A DNA stretch of 63,662 nt, the filler included. It is 4 parts of 4 records of this genome, joined end to end, with 100 filler letters (N's around TTAATTAATTAA, not from the genome) between each part and the next. Parts side by side here need not be neighbours in the genome. Positions count along the whole stretch, not along the records: positions 14,599 to 41,162 come from SRR31156797_586; 3 more parts are not named here. One strand, 5' to 3'. A program made the translations under genes and the position numbers. Under the pieces are notes generated by a model, which made no database searches, was not told the DNA's origin, and worked only from the letters and a program-made list of their open reading frames with translations. This document shows positions 28,555-38,091 of the stretch, one piece after another. Position 1 is the stretch's first letter. Every line of letters begins with the position of its first letter.

Positions 28555-28836
28555 TTTTACACGTTTTGATTTTGAAGATGTAAAAATAGTCATTTTACTG
28601 TATACTTAAAGTTTTTCTAACTATTTAGATGCAATAGATCAAATCAAAAACAGGTAAGTTTTAATAATTTCTATAAAACATTTTCAATTTTAAGTCTGTG
28701 TTTTTTTCAAAAGTTCTATATTTAATAATCAAAAAATAGATTTAAGTAAAAGTTAAGGGCGCACATTTAAAACTTATTGACTTCTGATCTAAAAATCAGG
28801 AAAATTGTTTTAAAATCTCTTTCTGAAAATTCGCGT

Positions 28837-29304
28837 ATGGATCAAAGTGAAATCATATTAGGCAAAGGAATTGCTGGAGTAGAATTTGGAATGATTCAGG
28901 CTGAAGTTGAAAAAACACTTGGCAAAGCTGATGAAGTAGGAGAATATTCCCTTTCTCCTGAAGAAAGTAGCATAACCCTATTCTATCATAACCGGGGTTT
29001 AAGTTTTACTTTTGAATCTGTCGATCAGGATAAACTAAGTTACATTTCCGTTCACAAAGATTCTTATCACCTATTTAATTTTATTAAACTTGGATTACCC
29101 AAAAGAATGCTTCTTGATGAAATAGAGCACTTTCAATTGGGTAAGCCTGAATTTGAAAATGCAGATTCTGAAGAATTTCCTACACATGAGCTAATATACT
29201 TTACGTCAGAAAATCTTCACCTTTGGTTTGATGATGGTAAAATCTCAGAAATTCAATTTGGTCCCTTTTGGGAAGATATCAAAACCATAGTTTGGGAAGA
29301 ATAA
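28837..29304 (+). CDS. Hypothetical protein
   Basis: GKGIAGVEFGM...LGK motif repeated twice. Start placed at ATG 28837. Confidence 0.75.
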   Translation: MDQSEIILGKGIAGVEFGMIQAEVEKTLGKADEVGEYSLSPEESSITLFYHNRGLSFTFESVDQDKLSYISVHKDSYHLFNFIKLGLPKRMLLDEIEHFQLGKPEFENADSEEFPTHELIYFTSENLHLWFDDGKISEIQFGPFWEDIKTIVWEE

Positions 29305-29306
29305 GA

Positions 29307-30092
29307 TTAGCTTTTTTTAGGAAACCATGGGATAAATGAACTTGTTGTTTCAATATAATTTCCATATCCCGATTTGGTTTTAGATAAACTTCTCTCCAAA
29401 AGACTTAAGCCAGAAACCTTAAGTAATAAGTAAGTCATTACTATTACTCCTACTAATGGTAAATATGTGTTCGTTGCAAGGCAAAACAGACCGATGCCCC
29501 ACCAAATTACAGCCTCTCCAAAATAATTAGGATGACGGGTATATTTCCAAAGTCCATCACGGAGAACTTTTCCTTTATTATCTGAATTGGATTTAAAAAG
29601 CCACAACTGTAAATCGCCAAGCGATTCAAAAATAAAACCTATAACAAACAAAGCCAATGCAATATAATCAAGCCAAATTAAACCAGTATCAATTGTATAA
29701 TAGAAAACTGCTAGCAAAGGCAAGGAAATGATCCAACACAAAATCCCCTGAAGAAGAAAAACCTGAAAGAAACTAAACCACCAATATCGTTTTTCTCCAT
29801 AATCCTTTCGAAACTTTTGATAACGATAATCTTCACCCTTCCCCCAATTACGAACCAACAAATATCCACTTAATCGAATTGCCCAGAGGACAATTAATAC
29901 AAAGACTATTTCCGATCTCAGACCTACCGATTCGGTAACTGAATAATAATGAAAGCTTAAAATTAGAAAGCCAATACTCCAAAACGGATCAATAATACTA
30001 GCATTTTTTATAATAACACTAAACAACCAAAGTAATACCAGTGGCAGAAATAAATATGGGAAAGCACTAAGCCAAACTGTAATAAAATCCAT
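29307..30092 (-). CDS. DUF1295 family membrane protein (steroid 5-alpha-reductase-like)
   Basis: SIIDPFW, GEDYRY, ESLGDLQL and GLWKYTRHPNYFGE. Confidence 0.93.
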   Translation of the reverse strand: MDFITVWLSAFPYLFLPLVLLWLFSVIIKNASIIDPFWSIGFLILSFHYYSVTESVGLRSEIVFVLIVLWAIRLSGYLLVRNWGKGEDYRYQKFRKDYGEKRYWWFSFFQVFLLQGILCWIISLPLLAVFYYTIDTGLIWLDYIALALFVIGFIFESLGDLQLWLFKSNSDNKGKVLRDGLWKYTRHPNYFGEAVIWWGIGLFCLATNTYLPLVGVIVMTYLLLKVSGLSLLERSLSKTKSGYGNYIETTSSFIPWFPKKS

Positions 30093-30336
30093 GATTCTTC
30101 CTTTCTATATACAATTTACAACTAAAAGACAATTCTATACTTATAAAGTTCATCATTAAACATTACATCTTAACCACAGAGAATCAGACGAATCATTTTT
30201 AATCTTTAAACTTGATAATAATAGGATTCGTAAATCGCTTTTATTTTTATAAATTGCACGCCACAACGGAGAAATCCACACACAACAATATTACTTCCTA
30301 ATCAAAAACTGCGCTTATTCTAGCCAGTTACAAAAG

Positions 30337-30409
30337 ATGGTTTTTTAGTTAATAACTGATGTTTTTAAATCACATCACGGGCGGATTGTATCCTGTCCTG
30401 AAAAACCAT
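30337..30409 (+). promoter_or_regulatory. Candidate structured 5' leader of the acyl-CoA synthetase
   Basis: ATGGTTTTT (30337-45) pairs with AAAAACCAT (30401-09), enclosing short internal hairpins and ending 4 nt before the ATG. Confidence 0.4.
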
Positions 30410-30413
30410 AAAC

Positions 30414-32036
30414 ATGAACAAACAATCTTACGAGCATGGAAGCTCAGAAGTGCCTTTACTTGGCGAAACGATCACTGAAAGACTACGGAAAACAGTTGAA
30501 TTATACCCAAATAATGAAGCGTTAATAGTACCCTATCAAAACTACCGAGCCACATACTCCGAATTTTGGAATCAGATTGAAGAAGTAGCCAAAGGACTAT
30601 TGGCTTTTGGAGTTAAAAAGGGCGATCGTGTTGGCATTTGGTCTCCGAATCGTTACGAATGGGTAATTGTTCAATTTGCAACTGCAAGAATTGGTGCCAT
30701 ATTGGTAAATGTAAATCCTGCATACAAAGCATCAGAACTTAAGTTTGCACTTCGTCAATCGGAGATTAGCCTGCTTTTGATGTCAAAGAATTTTAGAAAA
30801 ACCAACTACTTTGAAATCATTCAGGAAGTTAGAAAGTCATGTATCCATTTGAAGCAAATCGTAATATTAGATCGCGATTGGCAAGCATTAATCGAAGCTG
30901 GTAAAAGAATTACAAGTGGTGAAATAGATGCAATAGAATCAAGCCTACAGTTTGATGATCCAATAAATATACAATATACATCGGGAACTACAGGATTTCC
31001 GAAAGGAGCTACACTTACTCACCATAACATTTTGAACAATGGCTATTTTATTGGTGAAAGATTGAAATACACCCAAAAGGATCGTGTTTGCATACCGGTC
31101 CCTTTCTATCATTGTTTTGGAATGGTATTGGGGAATTTAGCTTGCATTACTCATGGTTCGACAATGGTGATTCCTGGTGAAGCTTTCGAATCTGAGACAG
31201 TACTAAAAACCGTTCAAGACGAGAAGTGTACTTCACTTTATGGAGTGCCCTTAATGTTTATTGCGGAATTGGAACATCCTAACTTTAGTAATTACAAGTT
31301 AAGTAGTTTACGAACTGGAATTATGGCAGGAGCTTCTTGCCCCGAAAAAGCTATGCGCGAAGTTCAGGAAAAAATGAACATGAAAGAGGTTGCCATTTGC
31401 TATGGCATGACAGAAACATCGCCAGTTTCAACTCAAACTTTTGTGAATGATAAAATTGATAAAAGAGTTGGTACAGTAGGTCGCGTTCATCCTCATCAGG
31501 AAATAAAAATTATAAATCCCGAAACTGGAAAAATTGTTGAGCGTGGAGAAAGTGGCGAGTTTTGTACCAGAGGCTATTCTGTAATGCTAAAATATTGGAA
31601 CAACGAAGAAGCTACCAATGCCGTAATTGATGATACTGGATGGATGCATACCGGTGATTTGGCAACTATGGACAAAGATGGATATGTTAGCATCACGGGA
31701 AGAATCAAAGATATGATCATCCGTGGTGGTGAAAATATCTCACCTTTCGAAATTGAGGAATATCTTCATACCCACGAATCAATTAGCGAAGTGTATGTAA
31801 TAGGTGTTCCCGATTACAAATATGGAGAAGTTGTAATGGCATGGATTAAATTTAAGGATGAAAAATCTGCCAGTGAGGAAGAACTTAGAGAGTATTGCAA
31901 AGGACAAATTGCAACCTATAAAATTCCTAAATATTTCAAATTTACTACAGAATTTCCAACTACAGTAACAGGTAAAATTCGAAAAATTGAGATGAGAGAA
32001 ATCTCTAGCAAGGAATTGGAACTTGTAGGAAGGTAA
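30414..32036 (+). CDS. AMP-dependent acyl-CoA synthetase (ACSF2/YngI-like)
   Basis: [48 protein letters not shown] and TGKI. Confidence 0.94.
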   Translation: MNKQSYEHGSSEVPLLGETITERLRKTVELYPNNEALIVPYQNYRATYSEFWNQIEEVAKGLLAFGVKKGDRVGIWSPNRYEWVIVQFATARIGAILVNVNPAYKASELKFALRQSEISLLLMSKNFRKTNYFEIIQEVRKSCIHLKQIVILDRDWQALIEAGKRITSGEIDAIESSLQFDDPINIQYTSGTTGFPKGATLTHHNILNNGYFIGERLKYTQKDRVCIPVPFYHCFGMVLGNLACITHGSTMVIPGEAFESETVLKTVQDEKCTSLYGVPLMFIAELEHPNFSNYKLSSLRTGIMAGASCPEKAMREVQEKMNMKEVAICYGMTETSPVSTQTFVNDKIDKRVGTVGRVHPHQEIKIINPETGKIVERGESGEFCTRGYSVMLKYWNNEEATNAVIDDTGWMHTGDLATMDKDGYVSITGRIKDMIIRGGENISPFEIEEYLHTHESISEVYVIGVPDYKYGEVVMAWIKFKDEKSASEEELREYCKGQIATYKIPKYFKFTTEFPTTVTGKIRKIEMREISSKELELVGR

Positions 32037-32042
32037 ACTACA

Positions 32043-32075
32043 AACTCCCTGTCATATTTATGATGGCAGGGAGTT
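32043..32075. terminator. Terminator-like hairpin
   Basis: AACTCCCTGTCAT / ATGGCAGGGAGTT stem just after the stop codon. Confidence 0.7.
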
Positions 32076-32081
32076 GTATTC

Positions 32082-32219
32082 TTAAAATTTCAATTGCTCC
32101 GCAATTTTCAACAATTCTCCTTTATCCAATTTATGAGAACTGACAATAGAGATGATCATATCTTCTTCTGGATATTCGATTATTAACACATTACCATCAT
32201 TTACCCATCTATTTTCAGT
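32082..32219 (-). pseudogene. Probable C-terminal gene remnant (45 aa)
   Basis: TENRWVNDGNVLIIEYPEEDMIISIVSSHKLDKGELLKIAEQLKF*, preceded by an in-frame TAG; no start codon at its 5' end. Confidence 0.4.
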
Positions 32220-32525
32220 CTACCTTAACGACCAACAAATTTTTGCATGAAAAATCTTTTAATATGAAAAGTTCAGAATTACATTCTGAACTTCGTAAAC
32301 ATCTAAAACTCTAGAAATCCTACAATTACAAGTCCTATTATACAACACATACTTAAATTACAATTCCGTTTACGAGTGCATCACATCCCTGTAATCCATG
32401 AACTTACATTTTTCAAAGAGAAATGTTGTACGGTAGGCATGTTTTTAAACTACATTCAGCTTTAAATACCTGCTATGCATTTTGTTAGTTTTGCCGCCTC
32501 AATCAGGATAAAATTAACTATAGCG

Positions 32526-33098
32526 ATGAACAACGTAAAATTAGGAAATCCGGCTGTTGTCGGACTTGGAGGATTTGGTTTAAGTACCATTTTATTACAA
32601 TTACACAACCTTGGATTGTGTGGATTAGGTCCAGTATTGGCAGTAGGTTTTGCTTTTGGTGGTATAGCACAATTGTGCGCAGGATTATTGGAACACAAAA
32701 ACGGTAACAACTTCGGTTTTGCAGCCTTCTCTGCATACGGTTCGTTTTGGATAAGTATCGGTATTGTATGGATGCTAAATCACTTTGGAATTTACAAATC
32801 ATCAGGTACTGATGTAGGATATTTCCTTATTGGATATACATTCTTCACTTTAATTTTATGGTTTGCATCACTATTTATTCATGGGGCAATGGCAACTACT
32901 TTTAGCATTCTAATGGTTGGATTCATTCTTTTGGATTTAGGACACTTTGGATTCCCTATCATGAATATTGCAGCAGCATACGTTCTAATTGCATGTGCTC
33001 TTGCAGCTTGGTACATGATGGGAGCAATTATCATTAACGATGTTGCAGGAAAACCAATTCTAAAAGTTGGTAAGCCTTGGATTACTCCAGCTAAATAA
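32526..33098 (+). CDS. satP: Acetate uptake transporter (GPR1/FUN34/SatP family)
   Basis: LGNPAVVGLGGFG, GGIAQL and AFSAYGSFW; six TM helices. Start at ATG 32526. Confidence 0.92.
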   Translation: MNNVKLGNPAVVGLGGFGLSTILLQLHNLGLCGLGPVLAVGFAFGGIAQLCAGLLEHKNGNNFGFAAFSAYGSFWISIGIVWMLNHFGIYKSSGTDVGYFLIGYTFFTLILWFASLFIHGAMATTFSILMVGFILLDLGHFGFPIMNIAAAYVLIACALAAWYMMGAIIINDVAGKPILKVGKPWITPAK

Positions 33099-33121
33099 GC
33101 CTCACTTATTATAAAGCATTA

Positions 33122-33156
33122 AAAAGGGAAATTGGATGACATCCGATTTCCCTTTT
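33122..33156. terminator. Bidirectional terminator
   Basis: AAAAGGGAAATTGGAT-GAC-ATCCGATTTCCCTTTT. Confidence 0.85.
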
Positions 33157-33190
33157 ATTTTTTTAATGAATCCAATTGTAAATCAGATTT

Positions 33191-33230
33191 CACCCCTTCG
33201 CCTGTCGGCACTTCCCCTACGAGGGGAAGA
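33191..33230. repeat. REP-like GC-rich palindromic element
   Basis: CACCCCTTCGCCTGTCGGCACTTCCCCTACGAGGGGAAGA: two short hairpins (GCC/GGC and CTTCCCCT/AGGGGAAG) in AT-rich DNA. Single copy in this window. Confidence 0.55.
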
Positions 33231-33312
33231 TCACTAAATAAGATCTACATCATTCTGAAGAATAATATTTTCTTTATATTTTTTAGCTTGGAGCTGGTAA
33301 CTTGGCGCTTTG

Positions 33313-33627
33313 TTAAGGCAATAGTTCTTTATGCATTGTTACTTCAAATTCTGCAACATGATGTGGTTTTCCATCATTAAAGAATTCTACAATGTAAGGT
33401 GTATTACAATGAGCATCAAAAGTCACCTGATCGTACCACTTTTCGATAAACGTAATTCTATTTGGCTCATCGATACATTGATTCAACTCATAACGAATGC
33501 ATCCACCCTCTTGCGAAGTCATTGGAATTAATCCATGCAAGTTCTGAATCAACTGATCCACTTCACCTTCTTTAGCTATAAATTTGGCAATACACACCAA
33601 CTGTGTTTCGTTTCTTTTGATTTCCAT
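33313..33627 (-). CDS. Putative quinol monooxygenase (ABM family)
   Basis: EGGCIRYEL...FIEKW......FDAHCNTPY. Start placed at MEIKR. Confidence 0.9.
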   Translation of the reverse strand: MEIKRNETQLVCIAKFIAKEGEVDQLIQNLHGLIPMTSQEGGCIRYELNQCIDEPNRITFIEKWYDQVTFDAHCNTPYIVEFFNDGKPHHVAEFEVTMHKELLP

Positions 33628-33791
33628 TTGTCTGTTTTGTTTTTTAAATGAATTCGATATCAAACTTAATGAATTTAATTTAAAGCTTAAGCGGAAAAAT
33701 TAAACAAGCTTTCTGTAATTTATGATTGTGTAATTAAATAAATGATCAATTTAATTTTTTCTTTTTCTTATCCTCAAGCCGGATAGGCTCT

Positions 33792-33960
33792 TACTTTTTG
33801 GCTTAACCCAAAAACTAAGGAAAAAACTCAAGGCGACATGAAAAATACAAGTATTATTATTGCAATATCTAAGTGCGGTCGTGTGATCTTCGAACAAGTT
33901 CTCAGCTTCACGATCTTACTAAGATATCGCCGCAATTCTACTCCTATTTCTCCTGATGCC
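33792..33960. repeat. Structured interspersed repeat-like element
   Basis: TTTTTGG/CCAAAAA hairpin followed by an imperfect inverted repeat of about 130 bp (33832-33960). Confidence 0.5.
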
Positions 33961-34013
33961 AAATTCACCATAAATTAACATCATTTGACCTTTTTATTTT
34001 TCAAACTTTAAAG

Positions 34014-34041
34014 AAAAATGCCGTCCCAAACGGAACGGCAT
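34014..34041 (-). terminator. Rho-independent terminator of the DUF3360 gene
   Basis: ATGCCGT/ACGGCAT stem with an A-tract on the + side. Confidence 0.75.
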
Positions 34042-34067
34042 CATATATTGATATAAATTAATATCGA

Positions 34068-35522
34068 TTAAAAAATACCAGGGATTCCAGGAAGTTGTCC
34101 AACCAATGCTAGTGAAACAACACAAACAATAAACATTGCACCAGGAATAATCAATTTCTCTTTCCAGCTCAATTCAGCAGCACGCTCGCTATCACCAATC
34201 AATCCCATATTATCAAGCAACATGGTGAATGCCCATCCAAAAACAGGATTAACGAAAGCACAAGCGAAAATACAAGTACCCGCACTTAGTGAATCTTTGT
34301 GTTTGCGAACCATTTGCATACCAGCCTCAAGTAAAGGCAAGAATACACCTACGATAAGAGCAACACGAAGAACTGGTTCCCACATGGCTAAATCCATAGG
34401 ATATCCGAATACCGAAGCCAATACACAAAGCAGAGCGGTTAGGATTGCTCCACCAGGAATAGGACGCTTGGCAATTGCAGCAGGAATCATATATGTTCCC
34501 CACGATGAAGCAATATTACCACCACCTAATGCAGTACCAATCATCTGACGTACTGATGCTACTGTCATGGTATCATCCACATCCATCAATACATTCTTAG
34601 CTTTTTTAGGATAATTCAACTCCTGAAATACACGGTGACCTAAATAGTCAGGCGACCACATTGCTACAGCAAGAATTGCAAAAGGAATAACAGCAACAAA
34701 GTGACCAAAGTTTGGTAGACCCAATTGCCATCCTGTATCTTCTCCCCACCACCACATTGGGTTCATGTGAGGTAATCCAGGCTTGGTTGTAAATGCAAAT
34801 TCAGCACCCAAAGCAAAGGCAACTATACCCGCAATAGCCGAACACAACGGAATAGCCAACCAACGCTTGTTGATTTTAGCCAAATAAGCATATATTAAAA
34901 TGGTTATTCCAATTACGGCAAAAGATACATATCCTATATCACCAGCTGAAGCCCATGCTTCCAACTTTGTTATCTGACTAAGCAGACCAACAGCTCCAAG
35001 GTATATTAATAGTCCTCCACGAACTCCAACACCTGTTAGTTTCATTAACATAGAGCCACCTTTTGTGATACTTAAGGCAAGGCCAAACACTCCAATTAGA
35101 ATACCCAGCGCGAGCGGATGACCACCTGCGGCGGCAATAATGGGGATCAGCGGAATCATAGGACCGTGCGTTCCTGCAAGGTTAGCATTTGGATTTAAAA
35201 TGGCTGAGAATAGAAGTACGAAAATACCTCCGGCAATTAACAATTCGTAACGAACGTTTTCTGCAACGAATTCTGGTGATAAACCGAACTGTGTTGCAAA
35301 TACGGCAACCATGGCAGTTACCATTACCACTTTTCCAATGGTAGCGGCTAATGCAGGCACCCAGTCTTCCAATTCAATATTGAAATCTCTAAATGGTAAA
35401 TGAACTCTCCATCTCTTAAAATTCATGATGGTTAATTCGTGCTCTAAGTACTCTTCTCTACTCGAGAATTCCTTAGATTTCTTACGCTTCGATTGGTAAG
35501 AATTTTGGTTTTCTTTTGTCAT
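34068..35522 (-). CDS. DUF3360 family polytopic membrane protein (putative transporter)
   Basis: REEYLEHEL, LPFRD, EDWVPALAATIGK, NLAGTHGP and SSWGTY..PAAIAKRPIP; many TM helices. Confidence 0.85.
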   Translation of the reverse strand: MTKENQNSYQSKRKKSKEFSSREEYLEHELTIMNFKRWRVHLPFRDFNIELEDWVPALAATIGKVVMVTAMVAVFATQFGLSPEFVAENVRYELLIAGGIFVLLFSAILNPNANLAGTHGPMIPLIPIIAAAGGHPLALGILIGVFGLALSITKGGSMLMKLTGVGVRGGLLIYLGAVGLLSQITKLEAWASAGDIGYVSFAVIGITILIYAYLAKINKRWLAIPLCSAIAGIVAFALGAEFAFTTKPGLPHMNPMWWWGEDTGWQLGLPNFGHFVAVIPFAILAVAMWSPDYLGHRVFQELNYPKKAKNVLMDVDDTMTVASVRQMIGTALGGGNIASSWGTYMIPAAIAKRPIPGGAILTALLCVLASVFGYPMDLAMWEPVLRVALIVGVFLPLLEAGMQMVRKHKDSLSAGTCIFACAFVNPVFGWAFTMLLDNMGLIGDSERAAELSWKEKLIIPGAMFIVCVVSLALVGQLPGIPGIF

Positions 35523-35581
35523 TTTAAATGAGTTTTTGTTTTACAAACCCCTATTCAGCTACCTACGCGTTTTCAGAGGTC

Positions 35582-35742
35582 ATTACCAAATTAACTAAAG
35601 CCTAAACCTTAAAATTGTTTCTTTTGCACTTCTGCAGCGTTAAAAAAGATGCAGCGTAACTTGGCTATGCTTTACTTTTTTGCCTTGCATAAGCACAAAA
35701 TATTCCAATTTTCATTGCCCAATCTTTAATTAAATTGGTAAT
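35582..35742. mobile_element. MITE-like element (161 bp)
   Basis: 19-bp terminal inverted repeats ATTACCAAATTAACTAAAG / CTTTAATTAAATTGGTAAT (17/19 match), internal fold-back symmetry, no ORF of 60 aa or more. Confidence 0.65.
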
Positions 35743-36199
35743 AAAAAATCGCCGTAAAACTAAAAAAATTAAGCATGTATGCAAACAGCCAAACGCTGTA
35801 TAACAATTAATTGTACAAGCCATTTATCACTATAAACTCAAACCATAAAAAGCAGAATATTTTTAAGATCAATAGCAACAAATCTGTGCATATAGATATC
35901 TTACTTGAACGATAAATTGCCATTTAATTAGTAGAAGAACTTCCTCACATTAAAAATACAAGACAATTTACTCTGTTTTGTTGTAAGGCTTAAAATTGTA
36001 AGATGAATATTACGTTCACTTTACTTCTCTCCAATGCATAGTTTAAACAAACATTTCTGATAAATGCAATCGATAGAATTTAGAGAGAGACTAAATTAGG
36101 TAAGATTCAATTATTAACATTCTTTCAAAATTGGTATTAAAATACGTTTTTAATAGATTGTCTTACTAAACAAAAAAACACGAAATTAAATCTTCTAAT

Positions 36200-36478
36200 A
36201 TGCCTATATAATTCATTTTCTTTATTCTTCTAAATCTTGTCATAATTACAACTAGTAATGCACAAAAAAGAGATAACCCAATTGATATTAATAAAATTCA
36301 TCTTGGTGGTAAAATGAGTACGAAAGAGTTACAAGAAAAGTATGACTCATTAATTGGTTCGGAAATTTTTACCAAAGAAATAAAATGTCTTAATGAAAAG
36401 AGTCTAAATTTAAATGATTTTAAGGGAAAAATTGCTAAACCACACTATCTAAAATTAAACTATGAAATACAGAATTAA
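36200..36478 (+). pseudogene. Decayed secreted protein, possibly the N-terminus of a TlpA-like thioredoxin
   Basis: ATG CCT ATA TAA, then in frame FIFFILLNLVIITTSNA|Q (signal peptide)...LIGSEIFTKEIKCLNEKSLNLNDFKGK; ends before any CxxC. Confidence 0.5.
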
Positions 36479-36606
36479 AAACACAATAAATAATCATTAT
36501 CTATACAAATAATTACTATTTAAAATTCTTATTAGTTGGTTATATAAATAAATTCTTTTTTTATATTGCATTACTATTAAAATTAAACTTTACTGTAATA
36601 ATTTAT

Positions 36607-37263
36607 ATGAGTACACTGAATACACTTAATATCCAAATTGCATTCTTCTTTAAAGAAGATTTTAACAAGTCTTTAGAATGGGTATCTTTAAAAGTTCAAG
36701 AAGAGTTTGGACCTGATCCTGCAGTAAACTATATACCATTAGATAATAATGCTCCAAGCGATCTACCTAGAGTCGAAATTATATATAAAACTTTTAGAAT
36801 ACAATGTGCAAAAAGTAGGATGGATATATTGATTGATTCTAACCAAAACCATGTAGACCTAATCAATAAGTTTAATAATATAGATCTTTTTTCTCTAGGC
36901 ATAAATATTCGAAGAATTGGGTTAGTTAGAAATTATTATTTAAATGCAGAAATTAAAAAAGCAAATAATTTATTAGATAATGACTTCTCTAATCTTGATT
37001 TAAAGGAAATAACACTTCGCATTAATAATGTGACACAGGTTAATCAATGCGAATGCAATAACATCGAACAAATAGATTATAGTGATAGTATAGATTATAC
37101 CCATAACGGATCGAGACAAAGACTAATTGGATATCTTATAAGAAGAGATATTAATACACTTAACGAACTAACAATCGAACTGGTTAAAGATGATCGTAAA
37201 ACACTTATAGATAAGTTTATTCAATTAAGTGAAGAATTTATATTAAGAAAAAAGCTATCTTAA
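36607..37263 (+). CDS. Hypothetical protein (TIGR04255-like motif pattern)
   Basis: 218-aa ORF with IPLDNNAPSDLPR, SRMD, IRRIGL and RDINT motifs; very AT-rich. Confidence 0.75.
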   Translation: MSTLNTLNIQIAFFFKEDFNKSLEWVSLKVQEEFGPDPAVNYIPLDNNAPSDLPRVEIIYKTFRIQCAKSRMDILIDSNQNHVDLINKFNNIDLFSLGINIRRIGLVRNYYLNAEIKKANNLLDNDFSNLDLKEITLRINNVTQVNQCECNNIEQIDYSDSIDYTHNGSRQRLIGYLIRRDINTLNELTIELVKDDRKTLIDKFIQLSEEFILRKKLS

Positions 37264-37264
37264 C

Positions 37265-37936
37265 ATGGCTCATCAAAATCAAAGTAGTTCAGCATCTAAC
37301 AGCTCTACCTCTAGCAGTAGTACCTCTAGCAGCTCCACCAGCCAAAGTAGGCATATTTCCGAATCATCTGCTCCACCAACATCTGCTCCAATTGAATTAG
37401 AATATTTAAATAGACTACAGAGTAAACAAGATGAATTAGAGAAAGACATTAGACATTCAAGTCAAGAACTCGATAAAATAAAAAATGAAATTAAAAATCA
37501 ATCCTCAAGAAATATTGAGGTAATTGGCATATTTTCATCAATATTGGCTTTATTAATAATAAATGTAAATATCGTTTTGGCTGCCAACGATATTTTATCT
37601 GCAATAATATTAATAATAGGACTAACCGCATCAATTTCTATTTTTGCTTTACTAATTCACAAATTTTTCAACATTGGAAATTCAACGATTTTTGATAAAT
37701 ATTTTTGGATACCAACAAGTATATTATTTGTATTATTATTTGCTGGAATACTTGTGGAGTCAAATGTATTTCAATTAAAAGATTTTAAAAATAAAAAAGA
37801 GAAATCTAAAGAGGGAATTATAATTAATAACAATATTGAAGGGCAAAAAAATAAACTAATAAACACTTTAGATACATGTACAAACGTAATTCAACAAAAA
37901 GTAAGTGTTTATAGTGATTCTACAATTAAAAAATAG
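37265..37936 (+). CDS. Hypothetical coiled-coil plus 3-TM membrane protein
   Basis: Ser-rich N-terminus, coiled coil, IEVIGIFSSILALL and two further TM helices; starts 1 bp after the upstream stop. Confidence 0.78.
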   Translation: MAHQNQSSSASNSSTSSSSTSSSSTSQSRHISESSAPPTSAPIELEYLNRLQSKQDELEKDIRHSSQELDKIKNEIKNQSSRNIEVIGIFSSILALLIINVNIVLAANDILSAIILIIGLTASISIFALLIHKFFNIGNSTIFDKYFWIPTSILFVLLFAGILVESNVFQLKDFKNKKEKSKEGIIINNNIEGQKNKLINTLDTCTNVIQQKVSVYSDSTIKK

Positions 37937-38025
37937 GATGTAATTATTTATACACGCCATATATTAAGGAATATTACCAACCTTTTACACTGCTAAAAAC
38001 CATATTGCTAATGGCATTTAATTAA

Positions 38026-38063
38026 TAACCCGCCCCACCAGAACAATTCCAATGGGGCGGTTA
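38026..38063. terminator. Terminator-like hairpin between convergent genes
   Basis: CCGCCCCA / TGGGGCGG stem. Confidence 0.6.
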
Positions 38064-38091
38064 AGCGCATTGATAAATCCAAATCAAATTA

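Noticed and set aside
33132-33380. 82-aa + strand ORF
   Set aside because: Reads through a terminator and the REP-like element and overlaps the ABM gene antisense.
35665-35823. Minus-strand Cys-rich short ORF (MACTINCYTAFGCLHTC...) as a leader peptide for DUF3360
   Set aside because: It runs across the probable promoter and into the MITE; most likely chance.
37287-37345. Short ACCTCTAGCAG repeats
   Set aside because: They simply encode the Ser/Thr low-complexity head of the 37265 protein.
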